Positions 47,531-60,129 of a stretch of 64,000 bases of DNA are shown here, in pieces; position 1 is the stretch's first letter, and every line of letters begins with the position of its first letter. A model generated the notes under the pieces. It did not search any database and was not told where the DNA came from. It worked only from the letters and a program-made list of their open reading frames with translations. The stretch comes from Selaginella moellendorffii (lineage: Eukaryota > Plantae > Lycopodiophyta), in assembly GCF_000143415.4 (NCBI RefSeq), contig NW_003314432.1, positions 104,851 through 168,850 on the forward strand. Reading direction: 5' to 3'. Position numbers and translations under genes: made by a program.

Positions 47531-49199
47531 CTAAATAGAATACAAATGCCTAAGGTTGTACATATCAAAGTACAAACCAAAGAAGCAGATCAATGGATCT
47601 CCCTGACAGGCATCAATCAGCAGTCGAATGAGGCGAGCAGCACATTCCAGTCGATCCACTTTCCTGTAACCAATGGTGCTACTGTTGCTCCAGCCCAGCT
47701 TGCTGTCCCATGCCTCGATGAGATATTCCATGACCCTTTGTCCCATGTTTACTGGCTCTCGGATCTCCAGTGCGTTGAACTTTGAGACCTTGCCAAGATC
47801 AAGCTCGATCCAGCCGGTCGACTCCCCTTGCCTTGGAGCCCAGAAAGTTTCCATACGCTCCTCGAGGATTTGCTTCGGCCCGAACGAAGAGCTGCAAACG
47901 CTGCTTGCTGTCACGGACAAGGGATTCGCTGCTAAGTTGACGCTGAAGATGGAATCTATGGCGGAGCTAAACTGCTCCAGTGTCTGGAAGTCGGATTCGT
48001 CGATCAGTCCCGACGAGTTTGGAGGGACATTGAGCAGGAGCAAGCAGTTCCTGGCGGATGATTTGTAGAAAACGTCGAGCAGCTGCTCCAGGGATTTTGG
48101 AGCCTCGTTCATGTGCCAAAACCAACCAGGCCTGATGGAGATATCGCACTCCAGAGGGAGCCAGTCGGTTCCAGCACTCTCTCAAGACATGAAGTACCTG
48201 TTGATGTTGCAAATTGGATCGAGTTTCACGAGAACGAAAGTCTCATGGAAGGATGGATTTTACGTACTGGCCATTGCTCCTGCCGATCGTAATGGAAGAT
48301 CTGTTCGCCATCGCCCAGCATGGTTGTCCGGCCTCGCCATACTCGTTCCCAACCCATTGGATGTCGGGGCCAGCGTCGGAAAAGATGTTTGCACCGGGGA
48401 TGAATCGTGTCAAACCAGAGCTCAAAATCGTAGCTCATGTTCACTGCAGTGGGTGATTTCGCACCATCCAGCCACACCTCGGAGATCGGCCCATATCTGC
48501 ACGCAAAACAAAATGCCGCGTCAAGGCATCTGCTGCTAGAGATGAAAACTACAAAAGCCCACAAGCTCGCGAGCTCCTAATGCTAAAACCGTTTGATGGG
48601 CTGGAGGAAATGCAAACATATCACACAGTGATCATGCCACCAAGAAAAATGCGTGAAGAAGAAGCAAATAATGTCTCACTCACCCAGTAAGAAGCTCTCG
48701 GTAGAACTCGTTGTAGAGAAGAGTGTCGCCATAGCAGCTCTCGTGCAAATCCCATGGCGAGAGGTAAAAGCCCACGTGCAATCCACGCTCCCTGGCGGCG
48801 GACACGAACTCGGCCACCACATCCCCCTTCCCTCCTCGCCAAGAGCTGCTAGCCACGGAGAAATTGGTGTAGGCCGAGGGCCACAGGCAGAACCCGTCGT
48901 GGAGCTTGACCGTGAGGATCACGAGCTGCGCGCCCGCGGAATTTGGCCGCGTCCATCCACTGCGACGCATTCAATCGCTCCGGGTTGCAGATGGAGGGCG
49001 ATTCGTGGCCGTATCCACGCTCCGAGTCCGTGAATGTGTTGACGCCGAAGTAGAAGAACATCGAGAGGCGGCGCGGGTGGAACTGGAGCTGGTGCCATGA
49101 GGGAATTGGGCGGAGAGGGAGCGGTGGGGGCGAATTTAGGGCGACAGCTCTCAAGAACACTAGTATCTCGAGGAGTAAGAAAGAGAGATGGAAATTCAT
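47531..49199 (-). pseudogene. Alpha-L-fucosidase (GH29) pseudogene, copy 2
   Basis: Signal-peptide start MNFHLSFLLLEILVFLRAVAL; MFFYFGVNTFTDSE; KLHDGFCLWPS; GLHVGFYLSPWD; IFSDAGPDIQWVGNEYGEAG; LLLNVPPNSSGLI; frameshifts (e.g. about 48945). Confidence 0.88.
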
Positions 49200-49445
49200 T
49201 GCTATAGAGAATGGAGGAGAGAGCCAATCTTATAAGCCCAGTGGAGTAGAGGAATTGTCACCAGAGAGTAAAATCTTTGCTTCTTCCAGGGTGTCCTTGT
49301 TCTTGCAAGGCAAGATGGATTATCTTCTTCTTCTTAGCCGTGATCTCCAAGCTAGATTGGAATGTTCTTTCTCCGTCCAGGATTCTCGGATTCTCGCAAG
49401 GAATACCTCGCGAATCGCGAATGCGTGTGAGATCCAGCAAAGTTT

Positions 49446-50047
49446 ATGGCATTGCTCTTCCCCAATTTCGTGATTTCCACAGACACCTCAGAGGATTGCT
49501 TGCTCTCCTGGGGAGCACTGCTCAAGAACTGCCGGGATCTGTCACAGGGGAGGCAAATCCACGCCCGCATTGCGCAGAGCGAGCACCGCCGCAACAAATA
49601 CCTCGCGAATCTGCAAATGCGGCAGCGTCGATGATGCCCGTGCAATCTTCGAATCCATAGAGAATCCTAAGCTCTTCTCCTCCAACATCATGATCCAGGC
49701 CTACGCACAGGCGAAATATCTAAATCGAGCGCGCAGAACGTTCAATGGGATGCTCCGGCGAGATGCCTCGACGTGGAACTCGATTGTCACGGCATAAGCC
49801 GACAACGGGCATCTTGATAAAGCGCGAGAGATTTTCGAATTGGCTCCAGAGAAGAGCGAGATCTCTTGGAATGTGATGATCATGCTTTTCATCCGCAGTG
49901 GAAAGATAGCTTCTGTGAAGGATTTGTTTGATCGGATGCCCGTGAAGACGATCGTTGCGCAGACTGCCCTCGTCACAGCATTTGCCAGGAAAGGGCATTT
50001 GGAAGAAGCCGAGGCTTTGTAGGAGGAGCGCGATGTAGAGTCATGGG
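49446..50047 (+). pseudogene. PLS-class PPR fragment, head-to-head with the fucosidase
   Basis: SWGALLKNCRDLSQGRQIHARIAQSEHRRNKYLANL / KCGSVDDARAIF / ISWNVMIMLF; deletion and stops; paralog of 15040-15538 plus 17820-18130. Confidence 0.8.
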
Positions 50048-50169
50048 CTTTTGGCTCTCGTTGTTTACAGACAACTCCAACTGAACAGCAAATGCAGGTT
50101 GGGCAGTCTTTTTCTCTTGAGCGACAAGCCACTGCGTCGGGAGCGAGCTAGTGAATACTCAAGAACCCT

Positions 50170-50550
50170 AAAAAGGGCAACTGCATTTGAGGTGAAAGGG
50201 CTACTAATTGCCGGAAAGCAGAAAGAGGCTTTACGGGCTGCTCAAGACGGGCAACTTTGGGTATGTGCTCTTCTTATGGCCCGGCAGCTGGGAGAGAAGG
50301 TACCTTGTCTTGTAGCTTTGATGTATAGACCGTTAGTGATTGGTCTTGTGGTTTTTAATAGTTCTACACCGACACTATAGCGGAGATGGCTCAAAGTCAG
50401 TTTCAACCAGGGTTTCCCCTCCGGACTCTAACTCTTCTTTATGCTGGTCAACATGCCGGAGTGTTCATAGGGAACACTAATTCGTCGAACGTAACAGCGC
50501 TTCAACCTCAACCGGTTCCAGCGTCTCTGGAGACATTGAGATGAGGTATA
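50170..50550 (+). pseudogene. SEC16: SEC16 fragment (paralog of 14385-14915)
   Basis: ATAFEVKGLLIAGKQKEALRAAQDGQLWVCALLMARQLGEK; GFPLRTLTLLYAGQHAGVF; truncated at the Harbinger junction. Confidence 0.75.
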
Positions 50551-52963
50551 AGTGGAAAAACACCCTCGGATTCGCACTTAAAAACAATGCATTCAAACAC
50601 TTAAAATTCACTTAATTCAAATTTTGAAATTTCAAATTCAAATTCAAATGTTTAGAATTATATCCCGGCAAATTTCAAAGCAAACACGAACGCCACTGGC
50701 AAAGACAGAGGGAAAACGTGAGGTTCTCTCTAACCTCTTTTGCATCCTCTGGACTGTGCAACTCCTCACGAGGCTCCCCTTCCGCTTGCTCGGGATCACC
50801 GTAATCGACAAAGAGGTCCTGGTCCTTGAGCCTTTTCACCTCTTTCCTCCAAGCTTGGATCTCCACCCGAAGATCAGTCTCCCCAACATCAATCAAGAAA
50901 TTGTGCAAGATGCAACAACTCTTGATGATGTTGGGAAGGTACTTTGGCTGGATCCTTTGTTTTTGATCCAAGCATCTGAACTTCATTTTAAGAAGTCCAA
51001 ATGCTTGCTCAATAACAATCCAAGCAAGGTGGTGATGAAGGTTGAAAGCTGCCTTGGATGGTGTCGGGTTCAGAGCTGAGCAACAACCAAAACAAGTGAA
51101 CAAAAGAAAGTAGAATGAAGAAGACTTACTTGTGTGTGGAATCATCAGATGCTGCTGGAGTTGGTACCCTTTGTCCCCCACTAGGTATGGCTTGATCCTA
51201 TCATCATATGCTAACACTGCGGGCAACGTCAGCAGCTCCCTTGCTACAATCGTGTTTCTGAGGGTTGAATTACGAAAAACCCTCATGTCATGGATGCATC
51301 CTGAAAGCAAAATGAACATTTTAGAACCATCCTGGCCACCCAGCGTAGACACTGAGGAACCTCTTCTGGGCATCACAAACCCCTTGCAAGATGACCGAGT
51401 ACCACTGCTTCCGGTCATAGTAGCTCTCGCCGTCCAGTCTAGTAGTCGATCGCCCCAGCAACATTAGGCAGTCGGGTTCCTATTGCTCATCAAAACTTAT
51501 AACAATCCAAAAAACATAAGAAAATGTTCGTGAGATGTGGACTCCCCGATGCCGAACTTGTCCACCAGATCCAAGTAATCTGTGTTCTTGAAAAGCTTGT
51601 ACAAAGTCACCCCCAGTCGAACATCCACTGGCACCACACTCCACCAACCGGTATCTTGCTTCCAGATCTCACTCTCCAGCATGCCACAAATGGTGAAGAA
51701 GGTCCTCTTCTCCATCTGAAGTTTCCTCTTCCACCTCCCCACATCGTAATACTCCAAAGAAAACTTACTCCAGGTGGTGACATTTCGAGGCTTCACCCAC
51801 CACAGGCCGATGCAAAACCTCCTCCCAATCACGGCCCGACGAACCTCAAGTTCACGGTCTTCTTCCTGAGGCAGCATCCGCAATGTGCATTTAAACCCTA
51901 AAGCAAAAGGGTGAAAGATGAGATTCCAGCGCTGTCGTCATGAGAACATGCTGGCTGCTCCTCCCTCCCCCGCAATCTTCGCGAGATGTTTTTCCCGAAC
52001 GAGATCAATCAGGACCATGGTCTCAGCATGGTTCGAGTTCTTTCCCCGGGTTCTCTTCGCAGCAGCAGGTGCAGCAAAACCCGAGGTATCCACAAACTGG
52101 ACAGCCTCGTGGTCGAGCTCCTCCACGTGAGCATCCGGGTCTTGTTCCAGATCGGGGACGCTGTCATCTCCCTCTTCTTCATGACCCTGCCGGGAGCTCT
52201 CAATCACTCATGCATGCATGCAACCTAAGAAATGTAAAACTCACCGCCATCTCTGGTTCTCAAAGCAGTTGGAGCTCCTGGCACGCTGTGCTCCAGGGGA
52301 ACTCCTCGAGACGTGGCTTCCTCCTGGCGATGATCCATGGCCTCCTCCCGGAGAAGAACCGCGGCGTCCTCCTCCTAGAGTAGAACCATGGCCTCCTCCT
52401 CCCGGGGCACCCCCTCCTCGAGCCGCCTCAGAACCATGGCCTAATCCTCCCGGGGCCAGATTCAGAGATCCGCGGCCAACCCCGGCCACCCCGCGCCCTC
52501 CTCCCACTCCATGGCCACCTCTCCCTCCATGGGCACCTCTTCCTCCTCCTGTTGGTGAAGATAGAGCACGAGCAGGCCCAGATCCAGCTCGATCGGCCCC
52601 ATTTCCCAGAGCTCTGTTTCCTCTTCCAACCCTAAAATCGGATTACCTGCTTCCTCCACCTCCTCAGGCCTCTCCTCATAAATCTCCGCGGCTGCTGCCA
52701 TGTTTTAATTCTCGGGCCGTGCCGCGAGATCAGATCTTCTTTACAGGCACGCCAAAGCCTTACCTAAGAATCTTCTCGAATATTTCCGGAATAATTTTTA
52801 ACAACTTCCCTTAAAATAAAATGACCCCAACACTTTAGATTTGGTCGGGGGTTTTGAAAATTACTTAAGAATCCTCTAAATTCGCCTCTTTTTTTTTGAA
52901 ATACTAATAATTTTCCCATAAAAAATAAGGGTAAGTACATTACTTTAGATTGTGCAAATAGGG
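50549..52963 (-). mobile_element. PIF/Harbinger transposon, copy 3 (defective, 3' end truncated)
   Basis: ORFs 50675-51418, 51497-51883 and 51938-52207 are near-identical to copy 1 on the opposite strand; internal deletion at about 51525. The 5' end is tentative. Confidence 0.85.
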
Positions 52964-53981
52964 AAAACGTAAATTTAAACTTTAATTTTCGGGTAACTCT
53001 TGGTCCAGAGCTAAACTCTTATAAACATCTCTAAACATGCTCATTTAATTAACCACCAATGAACGGCAAAGATATCTTTACCAGCACTCCCCCACTAATT
53101 TTCTTTCAAAATAAAAAACTAAAAGCAAAGAAGATATTATCAAACACTATTTTTTCAATGTTTGTTTTTTTTTTCTTATTTTCTACTATTAATTAAGTTA
53201 CAACTCAATCACACAATATTTGGAGCTGGAAGAATTGAATCCAACTTAATTTCAGCAAACTGATGAGGATGGACAATTTTTATTTTCATTTCTTTTGCAC
53301 TTCTTAATTTACATTTCTTAATTTGTTTCTACTCTTCTTATACACACTTCTTCGGTGTATTTGGCCCATTATATTTAGCTGAAACACATGTACATGAACA
53401 CTAGTACACTACGCACTGAGCCTATGATACACACTTGTGATTTGTGCATCTGCTGGTTGATACACACACACACACACGTGTAGGGCTAGCTCCATCCACA
53501 AGAGAGCCTTGAGGTTGGGCACCAGAGGCTGGAAGAAGTCGTCACAGGAGAGAGCAAGCAGGTCACCACTCACGACAAGCTCAAAAAATCTGGAAGGAAG
53601 ACGTCGCCAAGGAACTGGTGAGTACGTCGCAAGAAACAAATGCTGTCGTCACCAGCTTCCACACGTCTTCAACGTGCTCTAGGAGCACAAACCCAAAGTT
53701 GGGTACTGGCAAGTCTTCATACTAAGGCTTATTATCTGAATCTGGGCACTCCGTTTTGGGGCACCTGTTGGCAGGTTTAGTCAGCATTCCCCGATTCTGC
53801 TACCAAAAAGAAATTTACATTTAAGACTCCTTTTGCATAGTTTTAACTTTTAAATGTTAATTTTTTCTCCGTGAAGTTCAGGTTGACGGCGGTACTTTGA
53901 CGAGGCATGCTCACTCAGCGGCCCATGTTTCTGCTTGACTCACGGAGGGTTTAAAACCAGGGAAAGAGCACTGACATGTTT

Positions 53982-56696
53982 TCAAAAGTAGTTGTCACAG
54001 GAACATCTGCCATCCTGGAACACATGAACCCGACTGGCATCTTTGCAGATGACTAGCCTTTTTTCCAGCTTAGAGATGAGAGCAGTGGCCGCATGGCAAT
54101 CGTCACAAACTCGGAGATTTTTCACAATTCTGATGGTCTCCTTCTGCTGCGAGTTCACCAGAGCACACCCCAGCGCAAGCTTCTCACTGTGGCCGCACAG
54201 GTGATCCTCTTTCTCTTCCTCGGGTATGTCTTTTAGAACGCTGATCACATCACTCGCGTACCCCTCCTCTTTCATTCTCAGCAACAATTGCTTGAGCTTC
54301 GCCGCAATCTCGTCGCTCTGTGAGTGACTCCTATCCCCGACAGAAAAAGAATGCACTTTTCCTGAGCTAACATCCGTCCACCAGCTTCTCCCGGGCTCCC
54401 TGAAGCTGCCTTCACCTCTCATTCTCTCCACAACAGCAGCCCTTTCACTGAGCATCCCCAGGTTTCCAAATATATTGGCCATCAATGCATAGGGCGTGCC
54501 GCTCTTGGGATCCATCTCCACAAGACGCTCAAACGCGAGTTTGCCGACCGTGTAATTCTTCCACTTCCGGCAGGCTCCGAGCAGGGACGTCCAAACCACT
54601 GCATCCGGTTCAAAAGGCATGGCTCTGAGAACTCTCACAGCTTCGTCAAGGAGGTTAGCTCGCCCGAGCATATCGATCAGGCACACATAATGCTCCAGAC
54701 GTGGCTTGACTCCATACTGCTTGGGCATTTCATCCAGAAGCTGCCTTCCTTTCCCCACCAGACCACCATGGCTGCAAGCGTTCAACACCGAGACAAAACT
54801 CACATCGTCAGCTTTACAGCCCTCCTCCTGAGTCATGGAATAGAAACGCTCCAAGGCCTCGATCGATCGGCCCTGAAGAGTGTAAGCCTGTATGAGCGAG
54901 TTCCAAAGACCCGTGTCGTCCCGAGCTCGACACTCGTCAAACGCTTCCTGAGCAGAATCAACATCGCCGCATTTGCCGTAGAAGCTCACCAGGCTGGAGC
55001 CCAGAACTGGATTGTTTTTCAGCAGCCCTTTATGCTTCGCCAGCTGGTGAATCTCCCTCCCGAGCTTGATCGCCATCACACTCCCGCAAGCAACAAGGAC
55101 GCAGGTGTAGGTGCAAGCATCAGCTTGAATGGTGTTATCAGCTCTCAGGGCAGAGTAGTACTCCAGAGCAAGTTCAGCTCGCCCGTTCGTGTTGCAGCCC
55201 TGGATGATCGCGGTGTAGGACACAACACTCCGAGTTCCCATGGAGTGGAAAATCTTGCGAGCCTCCTCAAGCTCGCCACACTTGCAGTACATGTCTACCA
55301 GGCAAGTCGCCATGTACACACCTAGGTGTTTCTTCTCCTTGCTCAGTACTGAATGGAGTTCCATCCCGATGCGTAGAGCTCTCTCCCTCTTGTCCCTGGA
55401 TTCGGTAGCAAGTCTGGAGCAGGCGCTGATCACCGCGACATGAGTCCGATCGTTGGGTTGAATGGTGGTACAAGCTCTCAGGGCAGAGTAGTACTCCAGA
55501 GCAAGTTCAGCTCGCCCGTTCGTGTTGCACCCCTGGATGATCGCGGTGTAGGACACAACACTCCGAGTTCCCATGGAGTGGAAAATCTTGCGAGCCTCCT
55601 CAAGCTCGCCACAGTTGCAGTACATGTCTACCAGGCAAGTCGCCATGTACAGACCTAGACGTTTCTTCTCCTTGCTCAGTACTGAATGGACTTCCATCCC
55701 GATGCGTAGAGCTCTCTCCCTCTTCTCGCTGGATTCGGTAGCAAGTGTGGAGCAGGCGCTGATCACCGCGACATGTGTCCGATCATCGGGTTGAATAGTG
55801 TTATCAGCTCTCAGGGCAGAGTAGTACTCCAGAGCAAGTTCAGCTTGCCCGTTCGTGTTGCACCCCTGGATGATCGCGGTGTAGGACACAACACTCCGAG
55901 TTCCCATGGAGTGGAAAATCTTGCGAGCCTCCTCAAGCTCGCCACACTTGCAGTACATGTCTACCAGGCAAGTCGCCACGAACAGATCTAGCTGTTTCTT
56001 CTCCTTGCTCAGCATTGAATGGATCTCCATCCCGATGCGTAGAGCTCTCTCCCTCTTCTCGCTGGATTCGGTAGCAAGTCTGGAGCAGGCGCTGATCACC
56101 GCGACATGTGTCCAATCGTTGGGTTGAATGGTGGTACAAGCTCTCAGGGCAGAGTAGTACTCCAGAGCAAGTTCAGCTTGCCCGTTCGAGCCGCAGCCCT
56201 GGATGATCGCGTTGTAGGACACAACACTCCGGGTTCCCATGGAGTCGAAAATCTTGCGAGCCTTCTCAAGCTCGCCACACTTGCAGTACATATCGATCAA
56301 TCCCGTCAACAAGTAGATGTTGCTTTTGTGCTCATCACTCTTGAGCACAGCTTCATGGGCTTGTTTTCCCAAAGAAAGGGATCTGCTCTCAGCTGAGTCT
56401 CTCACGCGGTGTATCAGCCTCCCTAAACTCACCGGGTCATCACCAGCTACAGGTGGGGTATGTGGAGATTTGTAGCTGGCCGCCTTACCTACAGCTGGGT
56501 CAGCGAGCGACTCGAGTTTTGCAGAGACCCAGGTTGGTGTTTTCCTGTTGGCGATCCACAGGCTCTCTCCAGTAGAAACATGTTTGAAATCCGGGTAGGA
56601 CTCTGAGAAGAACTTGTTTTTCTTCTTGAACCTGCTGTCCCACCAGAAAGTGGGATCCCTGAACTCCATGAGATTGTTGAGAAATGACACACACAT
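53982..56696 (-). CDS. PLS-class PPR-E-DYW putative RNA editing factor with N-terminal PDF motif, paralog 2 (904-aa ORF; likely ATG at 56669)
   Basis: Intact ORF: WWDSR...PDFKH..TGESLW; 4 DMYC(K/N)CG units; E domains; PGRSWWTD (54395), HSEKLA, CDDCH, CSCDNYF. Confidence 0.92.
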   Translation of the reverse strand: MCVSFLNNLMEFRDPTFWWDSRFKKKNKFFSESYPDFKHVSTGESLWIANRKTPTWVSAKLESLADPAVGKAASYKSPHTPPVAGDDPVSLGRLIHRVRDSAESRSLSLGKQAHEAVLKSDEHKSNIYLLTGLIDMYCKCGELEKARKIFDSMGTRSVVSYNAIIQGCGSNGQAELALEYYSALRACTTIQPNDWTHVAVISACSRLATESSEKRERALRIGMEIHSMLSKEKKQLDLFVATCLVDMYCKCGELEEARKIFHSMGTRSVVSYTAIIQGCNTNGQAELALEYYSALRADNTIQPDDRTHVAVISACSTLATESSEKRERALRIGMEVHSVLSKEKKRLGLYMATCLVDMYCNCGELEEARKIFHSMGTRSVVSYTAIIQGCNTNGRAELALEYYSALRACTTIQPNDRTHVAVISACSRLATESRDKRERALRIGMELHSVLSKEKKHLGVYMATCLVDMYCKCGELEEARKIFHSMGTRSVVSYTAIIQGCNTNGRAELALEYYSALRADNTIQADACTYTCVLVACGSVMAIKLGREIHQLAKHKGLLKNNPVLGSSLVSFYGKCGDVDSAQEAFDECRARDDTGLWNSLIQAYTLQGRSIEALERFYSMTQEEGCKADDVSFVSVLNACSHGGLVGKGRQLLDEMPKQYGVKPRLEHYVCLIDMLGRANLLDEAVRVLRAMPFEPDAVVWTSLLGACRKWKNYTVGKLAFERLVEMDPKSGTPYALMANIFGNLGMLSERAAVVERMRGEGSFREPGRSWWTDVSSGKVHSFSVGDRSHSQSDEIAAKLKQLLLRMKEEGYASDVISVLKDIPEEEKEDHLCGHSEKLALGCALVNSQQKETIRIVKNLRVCDDCHAATALISKLEKRLVICKDASRVHVFQDGRCSCDNYF
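55119..56318 (-). repeat. Coding tandem array of 333-bp PPR triplets: 3 full units plus a fourth S-P
   Basis: 333-bp periodicity; same unit as 29087-31951. Confidence 0.95.
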
Positions 56697-58236
56697 ATAT
56701 ATAATTGGCTACTTGGCCTTCGACATAAGCTGCCAGATCCTTGTTCGGGATGTTCACCTGGAGTCATCTCGCGTCTCCATGAGATTGTTGAGAAATGACA
56801 CACACACCACACAAACCCTAGCGCCGCACGCATACCCTAGAAATCCCGATTTGTTATTACTTAACTGTAGTAGTAAAAAGCTCGTGTTTTCTGTTTTTTC
56901 TTTTTCCACTTCTTTTCCTTTTTAAACTTTACAATGTCACAGCTTAACTGCAGCAGCTTAGATGTTTATTGTTAAAAAAAAATCTCTTTGATATATATAG
57001 AAAGTGAGCCAGCAGCAATCAGTTGCTCAAGAGCTGAAGAATCAGTACATGCATAATTTTCAGACAATCTTCTAACTGGCTGAACATCAGGTTTTTATGA
57101 TTATTATTATTATTACTAACAACACGCACGAACTTCCTAGAAATCCCGATTTGTTATTCTCTGCATTCATTTTTTATATGATCTGTTGCTCCATGCACTT
57201 AACTGTAGGTAGTCTACAGTTCTTCAATATAATCTGCTAACTAAAAGATATCGATACACTCAATATGCAAAAATAAACCACACTCTACACAAATTAAATA
57301 AAAAATGCTCTTCATGGGGCGACGCGGCCAGAAGCCTCAGGGCACCAGTTTCATGCAGAACACTTTTGCAAATGACTCTCGCCCGGGGCCCATGCACAGG
57401 AGTCCTTGGGCAGTGGTAAAACCTCACAAGGCCTCACGTACTTATATTCACCCTGGGCTTCTGGCTGCTCCGCAACATACCTTACCACATGAAGCCACGC
57501 ACGGAGGAAAAAACCGCACAAGGCCTCACGTGCTTACATTCAGTCCTTATATGTGTTCTTGGCCTCGCTCAGTTCATCTCCTTTGTTGTCCACCTGCGCT
57601 TCTTTACTTCATGTTTTTGCTTGCATGCTTCGATTGACATCTTCAGATTTTCAAGTGAACAATTGTGGCATACCGTGGCTACGTTTTTCGACAGAGCTTG
57701 GAGGTGCTGAAAGCGGCATTAAGTTCGTGGATTGATCTTGATTTGGATTGTATGGATCTCTATAAATTTTGAAAATTGAGTTTATTTTTCTTCTTTTTTC
57801 CAAAATAACTGGTGTCAAACTTGCTTTTGCAGACTATCTCTGACCTTTTTTCTTAAGGGGGGGAGAAAAGAGGTTAGGGCTGATGTCATCCCTGTGAGCC
57901 AAGACAGCTGGGTGGTTTGGGGCTTGGTTAAAGTGGGGGTTGGGAGCAATTCAAGGCTTGAGGTATGACTTGTCTTTTCTACCTGGTGGAACTCCATCTG
58001 AGCATTCCTACTTCCCTCTTTTAAGCTGCTACATCACGTCTTAGCTCGTGTTAACTCTTAACTCACATTTATACTCTAATTTCACAATAACTCGCATTTT
58101 CACTATAATTAATTCTTTTTTTTCCTTCCTCTAACTTACCTGGGCCCCCCTCATATCCCTAAACCTCAGGATCATATGGAGCATATAAATAATGTGATTA
58201 ACACCTCTCACTCTTGATCTTGTGGGATAACACCTC

Positions 58237-58262
58237 ACCCTAAACCCTAAACCCTAAACCCT
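58237..58262. repeat. Short interstitial plant telomeric repeat (CCCTAAA)3
   Basis: ACCCTAAACCCTAAACCCTAAACCCT. Confidence 0.8.
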
Positions 58263-58419
58263 CTTGTGGGCTCCATAAATACACATTAAAAATTGTTAAT
58301 TTATTATTATTAAAAAGTTAGTGTATTCCAATCTTGTTGAGTTTATCTATATCTACCATAGAATATATGGTAGAATCCTTACATCAATCCGTTCACACAC
58401 AATATCGAGCTAACCGTTT

Positions 58420-60009
58420 CACATGGATCTTCTCTTAACGTTGTGCATTGAGTGCCCCACATAGATTTGTGGAGCAACTTGTTGGACGATGTGATAAGGA
58501 CCTATGCAGCAAAAACCTTGGATCTGCAACACCCGATAACTCACCAACACTTGATCACCAACAACATATGCAGAAACTTTTAGAAACTCCAGCCGGTGCA
58601 AAGTCCGGGCAAAAGTAGAGTGGAATTCAGTTATTCTAAATGTGCCACACCCAGGAATTCAATCCAAAGATCTTCTCTTCAAAGTGCTTGTGTCAGGTTT
58701 ATATCCACAAAACCAGAGCTGGCACCTCCTCTTCAGAGCTCAGCTGCAGAAGATCTTACCTAGACAGGGTGGTAACTAGAAACAAGGAATCGATTGGCAC
58801 TGCTCCTCTCAACACAAAGAAGGTCCAGGATGGAATAGCAAAAGAGATGTTAAAGATATGGAAGTCACACTCCTACCCAGGTTAAGTCAGAAAGAACCAG
58901 ACCATCTGACAGAGGCATTAGCTGATCGCTTGTTCTTCAACGTAGCCCATAAGAACAGTAATCAACAGTATATAGGTGACTGTTCAGCTCCAGGCTTGGG
59001 TAGAGGTCTTTGGCCTAGGTGGCATAGAAATGTGGGAGCTTCGATCAAAGACTTATTGGATCTACAAAGAGCTAGCAAGCCATCACTTACAGCAAAGTTC
59101 TTGTTGGGATCTTGTTTTTCTTCCTCAGCAGTGGACAAGCTATGATACAATGAAAAAGGTAAAGTCAGGTATTTGTTTAACGTCCGCTTGGAGCAAACCC
59201 TGCTCATTGGATGGCCTCATGACAACCCATTACAACCCAGGATGAAAACTCCACATCAAAGCTTAAGGCAGCATCGCTTGTGATCGCCTTCATCTTGCTT
59301 TACAAACTGAAGTTATTGAGGTTCGTGATTGGATAATGCTTGATGGTGCTGAGACTCAAATCATCTTTGTTATGGAAACAACCCCATCACCTCAAGGTAT
59401 TGTTTTTTATCCCCATAACAGTGGTGCACTGTTTCCATGTATAGTTCCCGAGGAGGTCCCGGTTCCCAGGATGGCCTTCGGTAAAAGGATCAGGACGATA
59501 CATCAGAGAGGGAAATACACTGAACTGGATCCTAAGGTTCAACTGGGAGAATGCTCTGCAATACACTAGTTTGGGGAGTACCTATATCTGATCTTATATA
59601 GGATCCGGCTCAGTTATCCTGGGAAGGTAATGAGTTCAGTGTGTCTTTTTTTATGTACAGGTCTAAGCATGGCAGAGAGCTTTTGATGGATAAAATTGAC
59701 ACCAAGCTTATGCGAAAGTTGAAGAATCGGAAGTACATTGTGAACATGTGGAAGACACTGGTGGAAGCTAAGGTAATCTGGCTTCTTGTGCAGGACAGCA
59801 TCCCTGTTGGTGATTGGCTCACAGTTCACAAAACTCTGTGTATTCTATGCAATGAAAACCCCGTGGAGATGCTTGAACACCTCTTCACATGCAAATTTGC
59901 AGTTGGTATTTGGCTCTTTGATCAGAGACCTAGGTCCAGAATCAGCTGGTTCATCACGAAATACGGTGACATTTTTCCCTCTGCTCCAACTATGATGAAC
60001 AGTAGCTGA
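58420..60009 (+). mobile_element. LINE ORF2 C-terminal remnant (inverted copy of 24855-26430)
   Basis: CILCNENPVEMLEHLFTCKFAVGIW in 59641-60009. Confidence 0.55.
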
Positions 60010-60129
60010 GGAGAGAGAAGCTAGCAAAGCATCCCGCTAACAAAACCACTAACTGTCTCACGTGAGACAACACCTCCAGCCATCAACAGGGTCAGAAAAG
60101 AAAGAAAGGATAGGAGCAAGCGACTACTG

